Part shown: in pieces, positions 19,641 to 29,474 of the stretch
How positions within the stretch are numbered: the stretch's first letter is position 1
How the letters are laid out: every line of letters starts with the position of its first letter
Source: an uncultured Candidatus Marinamargulisbacteria bacterium
GTDB lineage: Bacteria; Margulisbacteria; Marinamargulisbacteria; UBA817; CACECR01
Assembly (NCBI GenBank): GCA_902558105.1
Contig: CACECR010000001.1
Coordinates: 985-64,984 of the forward strand
Direction: 5' to 3'
Length of the DNA: 64,000 bases
Position numbers and translations under genes: made by a program
Notes under the pieces: generated by a model
Told to the model about the DNA's origin: nothing
The model's database searches: none
The model's input: the letters and a program-made list of their open reading frames with translations, nothing else

Positions 19641-20983
19641 AATTCACTCAGAGTTTTTCTCAAAAGCAATTAATGACGATGAGGCAAATTATGTCTCCAG
19701 TTATGATTCAGCGTATGAGTCACTTTGGAATGAGTTATGATGACTTGGTTCATCATGTTCAAACTAGCTCACAAGATAATGTTTTTTTGAAAATTTCAAA
19801 AGCGGATTCATTAAAATCGTATTCGTCACATCGTTCATTAAGTGCTCGACAAGATTATGCCGGTGAAGAGGAGTTTTCGACTGCTGTTGATCGTCAAGCT
19901 TCTGTTGAAACGTTATCTGATCATTTGCTTAAGCAGCTTGATTTTGAACAATTACCTTATATAGAGAAACAAATTGTAGAACGTTTTATTGATCATCTAG
20001 ATTCAAGAGGTTATTTAAGTAATTACTCAGAGTTGAAAGATCAAATTATGTCAGATTTTTCAGTCTCTTCTCGCAAGGTCGGTGAGTTGTTAAAAGTGCT
20101 TCAAACGTTTGAACCTGAAGGTGTAGGAGCTCGGACTGTAAAAGAATGTTTGCGTATTCAAATTAGAGAATATAACTTCCAATCAGAAGAGATTCGTGAG
20201 GCTTTAGACGAACTAGTTCAGGATCACTTAGATGATATTGCTAATCAGTCATATGAAAATATTACGGAATCTTTAGGGTATGATGAGGACGAAATAAACG
20301 GACTGATTCAATTTATACGTGATAATTTAAACCCCAATCCAGCATCTGAGTTTAAACATGATGGGCATACTAATCATGTCGTCCCTTCGTTTAAAGTCTC
20401 GCTAGAAAATGGTGAGGTTGTGATGCAAAACCTTGAAGAAGAGAAGGGGATTAACGTTTCTATTTCAGATGATTATTTAAAGCAATTAGATGATCCGAAT
20501 CTCGATGCAGATAGTAAGTCGTTCTTAGAAGCTCAACTGGCTTCTGCACGTCAGTTAATTGAAACGATTCAGTATCGTCATGAAAATTTATCACGACTGA
20601 TGACCAAGATTGTGGAGCGTCAGGATGCATACTTTAAATTAGGGGAGATTTATTTAGAACCGTTGCTTCAAAAAGAGTTGGCCGAATCATTAGAGATGGC
20701 GCCTTCAACTATTTCGAGAATGTGTTCGTCTAAATATGTCGAAACGCCTTATGGCGTTATTTTATTAAGGAACTTATGTCCAAGAGAGTATTTTGGTAAA
20801 ACGGCTATTCGTATTGAAAAAATTGTGAAAGATATTTGTCAGCGGTATCCAGAACTTTCTGATCAGCAATTAGTGGCTGTTTTACGAGATGAGCATCAGA
20901 TTAAAATGGCTCGACGCACCGTAACTAAATATCGTCATCAGGTGGGAGAAGAGTCGAGTCGAGATCGCTCAAAACCGACTTGA
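19637..20983 (+). CDS. rpoN: RNA polymerase sigma-54 factor
   Basis: C-terminal RpoN box ARRTVTKYR and HTH. Start overlaps the tsaD stop (ATGA). Confidence 0.9.
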   Translation: MKFTQSFSQKQLMTMRQIMSPVMIQRMSHFGMSYDDLVHHVQTSSQDNVFLKISKADSLKSYSSHRSLSARQDYAGEEEFSTAVDRQASVETLSDHLLKQLDFEQLPYIEKQIVERFIDHLDSRGYLSNYSELKDQIMSDFSVSSRKVGELLKVLQTFEPEGVGARTVKECLRIQIREYNFQSEEIREALDELVQDHLDDIANQSYENITESLGYDEDEINGLIQFIRDNLNPNPASEFKHDGHTNHVVPSFKVSLENGEVVMQNLEEEKGINVSISDDYLKQLDDPNLDADSKSFLEAQLASARQLIETIQYRHENLSRLMTKIVERQDAYFKLGEIYLEPLLQKELAESLEMAPSTISRMCSSKYVETPYGVILLRNLCPREYFGKTAIRIEKIVKDICQRYPELSDQQLVAVLRDEHQIKMARRTVTKYRHQVGEESSRDRSKPT

Positions 20984-21014
20984 AGCTTTTATTTCTTTTT
21001 GTTATTGTAGCCAT

Positions 21015-21197
21015 ATGCCATATATAAATGTACGTGTAGCGGGTTCGCTCACACAAGAACAAAAAGCCGAAATTGTAACTGATATTACAAAAACAATGGA
21101 ACGTGTTGCTGGTAAACCCCCAGAAGCGACCTACATTGTGATTGACGAAGTTCCTAGAACAAATTGGGCTAAAAAAGGTGAGTTGTTAGAGTCTTAA
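21015..21197 (+). CDS. 4-oxalocrotonate tautomerase family protein
   Basis: 60 aa starting MPYINVRV (Pro1 catalytic residue), tautomerase fold length. Confidence 0.75.
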   Translation: MPYINVRVAGSLTQEQKAEIVTDITKTMERVAGKPPEATYIVIDEVPRTNWAKKGELLES

Positions 21198-22210
21198 TCT
21201 TTACTTAGCTTACGTTTGTAAGTGTTAAAGAAATCGGTTGTTTGACCCGAGCTTAATGCTGTTCTAGCATTTGAAATTCCTTCTTCTAGACTTTCACTAT
21301 GTCCAATACAGTAACTGGCTAAGCCACTGTTTAGCAGTATTAACTCACTTATTGGATGTTCGGTATTATTTGTATCTAGTAGTTCTGTAAAGAGCCTAGC
21401 ATTGTCTTGTGCGGATTTCCCTTCAATTTCAGATTCAGTTCTAGTAGGAAATCCTAATTTTTTTGGGTTCAATGTTGTTTTTTTAATATCGTTTTCAGTG
21501 ACTGTTAGTAAAGTCGATGGTCCAGTGGTACTTAATTCATCGAGTCCATTTGCACCTATTACAATGATAGTTTTTTTTGTTCCTAAACGTTGTTTAGTTT
21601 CAGCAAGCAAATTAGCCGTTTTTTCACAGGTTGTCCCGATTACTTGGTAATTAAGTTCTCCAGGGTTACATAATGGGCCAATTAAATTAAAAATAGTTTG
21701 TGTCCCGATAGTTTTTCGAGCCGGTGCCATTTTCGCAAGTTTTGGGTGATGTTTTCTCGCAAATATAAAGCACAAGTTTTCGTTTTTGATGAGGCTCTCA
21801 AGAACCGGAACCTCTTGGCCAAATGGTATCGTAAGCGCTTCAAGAAAATCAAAGCTACCATTTGGTTTTTTGGATCCTCGGTTACCATGTTTAGCCACTT
21901 TTATTCCTATACTAGCACACACAAACGCAGATGCTGTTGAGACATTAAACCGGTTTTTTCCACTTCCACCTGTTCCACATACATCAATACAGTTTTCAGG
22001 TAAGGATATTGTTATCATAGACGCTTGAATGGCCTTACAAAACCCAATCAATGTTTCTAATCGGCTTCCAGTATGATTGAGTAGCTGTAGTAGTGTTACA
22101 ATCGAGTCGTCATTGGTATCGGTTTGAAATATCGTTTGCAGACAATTGAAACTGTCTGTTTCGTTTAAGGGGGCCCCAGATTCTAGTTGTGAAATCCATT
22201 TTTCTAGCAT
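21194..22210 (-). CDS. Anthranilate phosphoribosyltransferase homolog (TrpD/TrpD2 family), not in a trp operon
   Basis: GTGGSGKNRFNVSTASAFV...KHGNR glycosyl transferase family 3 signature. The likely start is the internal Met (MLEKWISQLESG) at 22210; the listed ORF extends to 22288. Confidence 0.65.
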   Translation of the reverse strand: MLEKWISQLESGAPLNETDSFNCLQTIFQTDTNDDSIVTLLQLLNHTGSRLETLIGFCKAIQASMITISLPENCIDVCGTGGSGKNRFNVSTASAFVCASIGIKVAKHGNRGSKKPNGSFDFLEALTIPFGQEVPVLESLIKNENLCFIFARKHHPKLAKMAPARKTIGTQTIFNLIGPLCNPGELNYQVIGTTCEKTANLLAETKQRLGTKKTIIVIGANGLDELSTTGPSTLLTVTENDIKKTTLNPKKLGFPTRTESEIEGKSAQDNARLFTELLDTNNTEHPISELILLNSGLASYCIGHSESLEEGISNARTALSSGQTTDFFNTYKRKLSKD

Positions 22211-22257
22211 AGTTTTAGTATAAAATGTTTTACTCGATGCATAAAGTTTTTTGTTTT

Positions 22258-22827
22258 TTAAAGTGCTTGGCTTATGTCCATTAAACAATCATTAAATTTA
22301 TCAAAATAAAGATTAATCAGACGTTTTAAATTACTTTCACTGATAAGATCATTATAGAGTTCATCCTCAAAACAGCGTTCATAAATTTGCTGGCTCAGGT
22401 TTGAACTGATTAGGAGTGTTGATCGATTGTCTTTTTGGTCATAAATTACTTTAGATCGTTCAATGGTTACAAAATCTTTATATGTTTTAGCAATTGTCTC
22501 TAAGGCTTTTATTTTGTTAGTTAGACTTATTTTAATTTCGCTAATTAAATCGAAGCTTTCTATGATTTTTTCATCTTTATATTCAGGGTCTAAGGAAAAC
22601 TCTAATTCGCATTGTATAGGGTATTCCTCTAATACTTCAAGTTGGTCTGTTAGACGTTTAAAGCCTTGAGGTTGGTCATTAATTACTATGATTTCTGGTG
22701 TAGCCGCTTTATGTTTTCCTATATATCGTTCAATATATTTGTTGTGATGTTGAGACTTGTACCGATTTTCATGAAAGATAAAGACATGTTTTCTTAATTC
22801 TTTAAGTAAGGCATCATAAACGATCAT
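22258..22827 (-). CDS. Hypothetical protein translationally coupled to htpG
   Basis: 189 aa. Its ATG lies 1 nt after the htpG stop codon. No recognisable motif. Confidence 0.5.
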   Translation of the reverse strand: MIVYDALLKELRKHVFIFHENRYKSQHHNKYIERYIGKHKAATPEIIVINDQPQGFKRLTDQLEVLEEYPIQCELEFSLDPEYKDEKIIESFDLISEIKISLTNKIKALETIAKTYKDFVTIERSKVIYDQKDNRSTLLISSNLSQQIYERCFEDELYNDLISESNLKRLINLYFDKFNDCLMDISQAL

Positions 22828-22828
22828 T

Positions 22829-24655
22829 TTAGCTTAACATTTCTAGAATAGTCTGAGACCTCTTAATAAATTTGGGGAGCTTGTCTTTATCTAATGAACC
22901 ATGTGCAACTAATGCTAAATCATAAATATGTTCACATAATGTGTTTATTTTGTCTTTATCTTTTACGGGATCTAATTTAGATAATGTTTGAATGGTTGGA
23001 TGGTTTTCATTTACAAGTAATTTGTCATTATTGAACATGGTTCCTAAATCTCCAGAGCCCATCATTCGTGACATTTCTTTTAATCGTTTGGTTTGCTCAT
23101 CTTGTTTAATGAGTGCAATTGTTTCATTACTTTTAAAGGATGTGATCGAAATATTTAAATTTTCATTGTTTAAATTGTTTTTAAAGAGGGTTGCTATCGG
23201 GTGGTCCTCTTTCTTTTCTTTTTCATCCTTATTTTCTTCGGAATTCTCTTCTTCAGGTTTTGATAATATATCATTTATCGCATCACCATCTACTGAACTA
23301 TACTTAATAGAAGACTCTTTCATTTCTAAAAATTGTATGAAATGAGTATCAATGAAGTTATCCATTAACAAAACTTCTTTTCCTTCAGCTTTTAACATTT
23401 CAATGTAATGTCCTTGGATGTCTTTGTTGGTGCTATAAATGACCGTTTTTTTATCGTCTGTACGATCTAAATAATCGCTAAGAGTGGTATATCCTCCGTT
23501 ACTGGATTCAAAAATAACAGCATCTTTTGTTTTTGTGTAAAAATCATCGTTGTTCATCATTCCATATTTGACGAATGGATGAATGTTTGGCCAGTAACCT
23601 TCGTAATCCGTGCGGCTTTTTTTATAAAGTTGACTAATTTTGTCTGCTATCTTTTTGATGATATGTTTTGAAATTTTCTGCATGTAAGGATCATTTTGAA
23701 GTGCTGATCGAGACACATTTAATGGGAAGTCTGGGCAGTCAATCACACCTTGTAACATCATTAAAAACTCTGGAAGGATATCGTGTGCATTATCTGTGAC
23801 GAATACTTGCTGACAAAATAATTTGATCCGATCTTTTTGAAGATCCATTTCATTTTTTACTTTAGGAAAATATAAAATTCCTTGTAATCGAAATGGGTAA
23901 TCAACATTTAAATGAATCCAGAATAAAGGTTCGTCTTGAAATGGGAATAGTTTTTTGTAGAATTCTTTATAGTCTTCATCTTTACAATCTTGAGGAGTTT
24001 TAACCCATATTCCAGCATCTTGATCATTAATGACTTTATCATTTAACTTAATTTCAATTGGTAAAAAGTTAGCGTATTTTTTGATCAGCGTTTCAATTCT
24101 AATTTCTTCTAAGAACTCTTTACTTTCTTCATTAATTGTTAATATGATATCAGTTCCAACTGTTTCTTTTTTAATAGGAACCATTTCATATTCGGTATCA
24201 CCTTTACAGGTCCAATGTACACCTGGAACATCTTGATAGGATTTACTCTTGATCTCAACCTGATCAGCTACCATAAACGCTGAATAAAAACCCATCCCAA
24301 AGTGACCAATAATATCCTGTTTGTTTTCACTGTCGGTATATTTCTTTAAAAAATCTTCGGCTCCGGAAAAAGCGATTTGTGTAATATACTTTTGAACTTC
24401 TTTTGCGCTCATTCCAAGACCGGTATCACGAAAGGTTAGGGTACCTTGATCTTTATCAATTATAACTTCAATGCGATGCTCAGAAGTTTTAATGTTTTCT
24501 ACATTACTAATTTTCTTTAATTTGTTTATCGCATCAAAACTGTTTGATATCAATTCACGAACAAAAATGTCATGCTCTGAATATAACCATTTCTTAATTA
24601 TTGGAAATATATTTTCAGTATGGATATTAATGTTACCTTTTATTGATTTAGACAT
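22829..24655 (-). CDS. htpG: Molecular chaperone HtpG (Hsp90)
   Basis: GHKL ATPase N-domain (NKEIFLRELISNSSDA-like: ELISNSFDA), 608 aa, Hsp90 middle and C-terminal domains. Confidence 0.9.
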   Translation of the reverse strand: MSKSIKGNINIHTENIFPIIKKWLYSEHDIFVRELISNSFDAINKLKKISNVENIKTSEHRIEVIIDKDQGTLTFRDTGLGMSAKEVQKYITQIAFSGAEDFLKKYTDSENKQDIIGHFGMGFYSAFMVADQVEIKSKSYQDVPGVHWTCKGDTEYEMVPIKKETVGTDIILTINEESKEFLEEIRIETLIKKYANFLPIEIKLNDKVINDQDAGIWVKTPQDCKDEDYKEFYKKLFPFQDEPLFWIHLNVDYPFRLQGILYFPKVKNEMDLQKDRIKLFCQQVFVTDNAHDILPEFLMMLQGVIDCPDFPLNVSRSALQNDPYMQKISKHIIKKIADKISQLYKKSRTDYEGYWPNIHPFVKYGMMNNDDFYTKTKDAVIFESSNGGYTTLSDYLDRTDDKKTVIYSTNKDIQGHYIEMLKAEGKEVLLMDNFIDTHFIQFLEMKESSIKYSSVDGDAINDILSKPEEENSEENKDEKEKKEDHPIATLFKNNLNNENLNISITSFKSNETIALIKQDEQTKRLKEMSRMMGSGDLGTMFNNDKLLVNENHPTIQTLSKLDPVKDKDKINTLCEHIYDLALVAHGSLDKDKLPKFIKRSQTILEMLS

Positions 24656-24724
24656 GACTACCTTTCGATATTACTATTGTTAAGCCTCAAATTATATCAG
24701 GTTTTGAGCTTAGGTTCAATGAGA

Positions 24725-25864
24725 TTAGAGTAGCTCCAAAATAGTTTTGGCACTTTCTTCAACGCTTAAATTAGAGTAAGGGGTAATGTTATTTTTTGGA
24801 TCAATCACACTGAAACTTCTGACGTCACTTCCTATCGACTTGCTGCTATTACAAACCATAAAATCACAGTTTTTTTTCTTTTTCTTTTCTAGTCCAACGT
24901 TAATGAGGTCTTGGTCTTCCAAACAGAATCCAATAAAGGTTTGGGTATCGCTTTTTCTTGAACCCAGATCTTTTAAAATATCTTCGGTTGGGATTAGGTT
25001 TAGTTGTAATCCTTCTTGTCGCTTGAGTTTATTTTGAGATGGTTTAATCGTGAAATCAGAAATTGCGGCGGCCATGATTAAATGACTAGTTGGTGTAATT
25101 GTTTTTTTAAGTGCATCGTGCATATCTTGGCTTGATTTGCTTTTGATGATGTTAATATTAGGATGTGTGGGAAGTGATTTGCTAGTGATTAGGCTAACAG
25201 AAGCTCCCATTTGAGAGGCTAAATTAGCAATGCTATGGCCCAGTTGTCCGCTCGATTGGTTGCTAATACAACGTACGGCATCAATTTTTTCTTCAGTTCC
25301 GCCTGCTGTAACAACAATATGTTGATTGTGTAGTTTTCCAAATAGGCTCTTATCAATAACGTTAATGATTTCACTTTCATCAGGGAGTCTTCCGGCCCCA
25401 ATATCGCCACAGGCGAGTTCTCCATAACTTGGATTAATGATATGAACACCATCTGATTTGAGTTGATTTAGTTGGCGTTGTGTACTGGGGTGTTCATACA
25501 TTTCTGTATGCATTGATGGAGCTATGAAAACAGGTCCCGTGTAGGATAGGTAGGTAGCGGTAACACAATTATCAGATTGGCCATTAGCACATTTTGATAG
25601 GGTGGTTGCTGTGCATGGTGCTATTAAAAAACAAGTTGCTTCACGTTGACTTAAATGAGGTATTTGATCCCAGCTATCATATAAACTACTAATGACGGGG
25701 TTTTCAGACACCGTTTGTAAAGTGGCTTCAGTTACAAATTGATAAGCGTTAGGAGTGGTAACCACTTGTACATCCCAGCCTTTTTTCTTGAATAGTCTGA
25801 TTAAGTTTGGTGTTTTGTAGGCTGCGATTCCACCAGTTATACCTAGTAGAAGTTTTAAAGACAT
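24725..25864 (-). CDS. coaBC: Bifunctional phosphopantothenoylcysteine decarboxylase/phosphopantothenate-cysteine ligase
   Basis: N-terminal flavoprotein domain (LGITGGIAAYK) plus C-terminal CoaB domain. 379 aa. Confidence 0.85.
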   Translation of the reverse strand: MSLKLLLGITGGIAAYKTPNLIRLFKKKGWDVQVVTTPNAYQFVTEATLQTVSENPVISSLYDSWDQIPHLSQREATCFLIAPCTATTLSKCANGQSDNCVTATYLSYTGPVFIAPSMHTEMYEHPSTQRQLNQLKSDGVHIINPSYGELACGDIGAGRLPDESEIINVIDKSLFGKLHNQHIVVTAGGTEEKIDAVRCISNQSSGQLGHSIANLASQMGASVSLITSKSLPTHPNINIIKSKSSQDMHDALKKTITPTSHLIMAAAISDFTIKPSQNKLKRQEGLQLNLIPTEDILKDLGSRKSDTQTFIGFCLEDQDLINVGLEKKKKKNCDFMVCNSSKSIGSDVRSFSVIDPKNNITPYSNLSVEESAKTILELL

Positions 25865-25877
25865 GGTCGTTTAATCG

Positions 25878-26189
25878 TTACTTTTTCTTTTTTTTAGGTT
25901 CAGCTTCTTCTTTAGCTTCAACTACTTTATCAATGCTTGAATCTGTATTTTCTATAAGGGCTTCAAATTCATCAATTTCAGACTGAAAATTTTCTTTTTT
26001 CTCCTCAGTTCTAACAATCTGAAGTTTGTTTTCTTGAAATTCTTGATAAGCAATTAGTAGTGGATTGTGATTGTTTTTAGCTACAGTTACTAAAGGAACA
26101 GCACCTTCTTGAAGTTGTCTAGCTCTCTTTGCAACCGCAATACTTAGTTCAAATCTGTTCGTGTGATTGTTTTTTTCAGACATACTCAT
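25878..26189 (-). CDS. rpoZ: DNA-directed RNA polymerase subunit omega
   Basis: N-terminal NRFELSIAVAKRARQL omega signature. Adjacent to gmk, the conserved gmk-rpoZ pair. Confidence 0.7.
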   Translation of the reverse strand: MSMSEKNNHTNRFELSIAVAKRARQLQEGAVPLVTVAKNNHNPLLIAYQEFQENKLQIVRTEEKKENFQSEIDEFEALIENTDSSIDKVVEAKEEAEPKKKKK

Positions 26190-26200
26190 CCTTTAATTAA

Positions 26201-26770
26201 TTACTTTAATTTTTCCATTAAATAGTGATTCAATTGATTTGTTGAATCATCCAAATTAATATTTTCTATTATATAGTCATATTCGTCAATAGAGGCTAAT
26301 TCTCTTTTTGCTTCCTCTATCCGTCCTTCAATACTTTCTATGCTATCAGTATTTCGTTCAAGCAGTCGTTGTTTAAGGATCTCAATGGAGGGTGGGGCAA
26401 TGAATATTTTAATGCAATCTGGAAATGTTTTTTGTATTTTTTTAGTACCTTGAACATCAATTTCTAGCAAGACATGCTGACCTTTGTTTTGTTGATCAAT
26501 TACTTCACTTTTTAGTGTGCCATAACGATTATTATGAACGATACACCATTCTAAAAAATCATTATTTTCTATTTTTTGATTAAATTCTTCATTGCTAAGA
26601 AAGTAATAGTTATCACTTGTTTCATTGTGTCGTTGTTTCCGGGTGGTTGCAGATTTTGCACAAACGATAGAATTAAATGCGTCTAATGTGCGAGCAATTA
26701 TGGTAGTCTTGCCAGCCCCAGAAGGACCTGAAACGATAATGAGTTTTCCTTGATTGGTCATGCTTGTCAT
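26201..26770 (-). CDS. gmk: Guanylate kinase
   Basis: GPSGAGKTT P-loop and guanylate kinase fold. 189 aa. Confidence 0.9.
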   Translation of the reverse strand: MTSMTNQGKLIIVSGPSGAGKTTIIARTLDAFNSIVCAKSATTRKQRHNETSDNYYFLSNEEFNQKIENNDFLEWCIVHNNRYGTLKSEVIDQQNKGQHVLLEIDVQGTKKIQKTFPDCIKIFIAPPSIEILKQRLLERNTDSIESIEGRIEEAKRELASIDEYDYIIENINLDDSTNQLNHYLMEKLK

Positions 26771-26854
26771 TTTAGTAGTGTGTATTTATTAACTTCACTG
26801 TATTATAAAATTACATAGTAGCTGTGTAAAGTAAACTATTAATTAGCTAATCTT

Positions 26855-28096
26855 ATGATCCAAAAAGCACTTAAATTTATTAAATCAAATAAATTAACGG
26901 ACACACATTTTTTATTGTATGACTTTTCAAAATTGCAATTACAGTTATCTGTGTTAGAAAATGTTTTCCCTTCGCATACGTTACATGCGGTTGCTGTTAA
27001 ATCTAATCCGTTACATAAAGTTTTGAGTTTTTTAAAAGATCAAAATCTTGGTGCGGAGTGTGCGAGTTGGGGAGAGTGTGTGTTGGCTTTGTCGGCAGGT
27101 TATGACTCTTCGAAGATTGTGTATGATTCACCATGTAAGACCGTTGATGACTTATTAAAGGCTATTCAAGAAGGCGTTTCTGTAAATTGCGATTCACTTG
27201 ATGAGTGGGACCGAATTGCAAGCTTACTTGAGACAAGGTCTACTAATTCACAATTTGGCTTGAGATTGAATTCTCAGGTTGGAACAGGTAACATTGAGGC
27301 AACTAGTGTAGTAGGTGAGTATTCAAAGTTTGGAATACCTGTAGACGATTTTTATGATTGCATTACCTCTACTTACTTGGAATTTCCGAACTTAACATCT
27401 ATTCATGTGCATTCTGGGTCACAGGGGTGTGAAATGGAGTTATTGGTAAAGTCGATTGAGAAGGTCTATCGTTTAGCGGAGTCTATCAATCAAAAATCGT
27501 TGGAATTATATGGAACTCGACGGATTAAGACTTTCAATATTGGTGGTGGTGCTTATGTGTCATATCATAAAAATCAACCTTCATTTGATATGGCGTTATA
27601 TGTGAAGACGTTAAAATCTAGGTGTCCTAATTTGTTTAAAGAGTATCAAATTATTACCGAATTTGGTCGGTTTGTTCATGCTCACAATGCGATAGCTTGT
27701 TCTCGCGTTGAATATATCAAGCCGACTACTCCTTTAACAGCGGTTTGTCATTTTGGTGCCGATTTGATGTTGCGAGCTTGTTATGCGCCAGATGATTGGT
27801 CACATGATATTGAGGTTTATTCATTAAAAACTATTTCTCAAATAACACAAGATACTTATAATATTGCTGGACCATTGTGCTTTTCTGGTGATATCTTAGC
27901 TAAGAATTTTTTATGTGAGTCGTTATCTGTTGGAGATTATTTGATATTTAAAGATGTGGGCGCTTACACATTTAGTATGTGGTCTCAGTATAATAGTAGA
28001 TTTTTTCCGTTATGTTTGGGGCTTAATTTAGATGGAGACTTTGAAATATTACGTGAAATGAGTAGTGAAAAAGATATTGTGTCATTTTGGAGTTAG
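26855..28096 (+). CDS. PLP-dependent decarboxylase, Orn/DAP/Arg decarboxylase family 2 (LysA- or carboxynorspermidine decarboxylase-like)
   Basis: PLP-Lys motif AVKSN, Gly-rich IGGGAY, catalytic Cys GPLCFSGD. 413 aa. Confidence 0.7.
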   Translation: MIQKALKFIKSNKLTDTHFLLYDFSKLQLQLSVLENVFPSHTLHAVAVKSNPLHKVLSFLKDQNLGAECASWGECVLALSAGYDSSKIVYDSPCKTVDDLLKAIQEGVSVNCDSLDEWDRIASLLETRSTNSQFGLRLNSQVGTGNIEATSVVGEYSKFGIPVDDFYDCITSTYLEFPNLTSIHVHSGSQGCEMELLVKSIEKVYRLAESINQKSLELYGTRRIKTFNIGGGAYVSYHKNQPSFDMALYVKTLKSRCPNLFKEYQIITEFGRFVHAHNAIACSRVEYIKPTTPLTAVCHFGADLMLRACYAPDDWSHDIEVYSLKTISQITQDTYNIAGPLCFSGDILAKNFLCESLSVGDYLIFKDVGAYTFSMWSQYNSRFFPLCLGLNLDGDFEILREMSSEKDIVSFWS

Positions 28097-28098
28097 TA

Positions 28099-29313
28099 AT
28101 GAGTGTTTCTGTAGGTTATTTAGCAATTGGGGATGAACTTTTAGATGGGCGTGTAAATAATACTAACTTAACTTATTTATCGACTCGATTTTCTGAGTTG
28201 AGTTTGAGAGTTGAGTCTTCGTTGATTGTGTCGGATGCTCCTGAGGATATTAAACAAGGTCTTGATTACTATATTGATAATGTTACTATTCTGGTTATTA
28301 CAGGTGGATTAGGTCCTACTGAAGATGATCGAACGTCAGCGGTTTTAGCTAACTATGCGGGCTACCCATTAGTATGTAATGAGGATGTATTAAATGAAAT
28401 TAAAAAATTTTTTGAGTCCAAAAATCGTCCTTTTTATGAGTCTAATGCAAAGCAAGCCTACTTTCCTGATTCTGCATCCATCATTCCAAACTCTATAGGT
28501 ACGGCCCCTGGATTTATGTTAAGTATTCGGTCTACACTTTGTTTGGTACTGCCAGGTGTTCCAAGAGAAATGAAGCGATTAGTTGAAGACAGTTGTTTAC
28601 CTTTTTTGCGTCAACAATATGAATTGCCAGTTATTAAAACAAAAACATGGATAACATTTGGCATGGGAGAATCAGAATTATTTGATCGTTTAAATGGTTT
28701 GTATCCATTACCCGAAGGCATCTCTATAGGTTACAGAGCTCACTTTCCTGAAGTTCATGTGACATTGAAATCATCGGAATCATTATTTCCTAAACTTTTG
28801 GTATCTCAAATAGATGAGTTGTTGAGCGATAATATCGTGGCGAAAGATTCAGAAACGTTTATTAGTGCAGTTGCTAATAAATTAATCGATCAGAAATGTA
28901 GTGTTTCTACTGCAGAGTCTTGTACGGGAGGGTTGGTTTCTCAATTATTAACGTCTATTTCAGGTTCATCACGCTTTTTTAATCAAGCTTTTGTGACGTA
29001 TTCAAATCAGGTGAAATGTAAAGCATTAGGTGTTTTAGAGTCGACGCTTTCAACTTATGGTGCGGTAAGTAGTGAATGTGCACTGGAAATGCTGCAGGGC
29101 TTAGTTGAGCAGACTAAATCAGAGTATGGTATTGCCATTACAGGGATTGCCGGACCTGATGGTGGATCACAAGATAAACCTGTGGGTACGGTATATATAG
29201 GAATTAAAACACCTCAACATAGTAAGGTTTATCATCATCAATTTTATGGAGATCGACAACAAATTAGACTACGTAGTGCGTATTATGCACTTTTTTATAT
29301 ATTAAAAACTTAA
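28099..29313 (+). CDS. cinA: CinA family competence/damage-inducible protein (MoCF-binding plus CinA C-terminal domain)
   Basis: N-terminal MoaB/MogA-like VGYLAIGDELLDGR and C-terminal CinA domain (ESCTGG). GGAG SD before the ATG at 28099. Confidence 0.85.
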   Translation: MSVSVGYLAIGDELLDGRVNNTNLTYLSTRFSELSLRVESSLIVSDAPEDIKQGLDYYIDNVTILVITGGLGPTEDDRTSAVLANYAGYPLVCNEDVLNEIKKFFESKNRPFYESNAKQAYFPDSASIIPNSIGTAPGFMLSIRSTLCLVLPGVPREMKRLVEDSCLPFLRQQYELPVIKTKTWITFGMGESELFDRLNGLYPLPEGISIGYRAHFPEVHVTLKSSESLFPKLLVSQIDELLSDNIVAKDSETFISAVANKLIDQKCSVSTAESCTGGLVSQLLTSISGSSRFFNQAFVTYSNQVKCKALGVLESTLSTYGAVSSECALEMLQGLVEQTKSEYGIAITGIAGPDGGSQDKPVGTVYIGIKTPQHSKVYHHQFYGDRQQIRLRSAYYALFYILKT

Positions 29314-29319
29314 GTGTAA

Positions 29320-29396
29320 TGGGGTGAATGATGGGGCTCGAACCCACGACAACCGGAACCACAATCCGGGGCTCTACCAACTGAGCTACATCCACC
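29320..29396 (-). tRNA. tRNA-His (anticodon GUG) with genome-encoded G-1 and 3' CCA
   Basis: Folded by hand: acceptor GUGGAUG/CAUUCAC with one G-U pair, D-arm GCUC-AGUUGGUA-GAGC, anticodon stem CCGGA/UCCGG with loop UUGUGGU (GUG), T-arm GUGGG-UUCGAGC-CCCAU, discriminator C, extra 5' G. Confidence 0.85.
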
Positions 29397-29422
29397 GTCT
29401 GGTAATAATAAGATAGTAAAAA

Positions 29423-29462
29423 CCCCTAACTTAGTCAATTAATTTCTTAATTAAGTTAGGGG
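29423..29462 (-). terminator. Rho-independent terminator downstream of the small gene 29475..29687
   Basis: 11-bp perfect stem CCCCTAACTTA/TAAGTTAGGGG with an 18-nt loop, flanked by A/T runs on both strands. Confidence 0.65.
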
Positions 29463-29474
29463 TTTATAAAAAAA

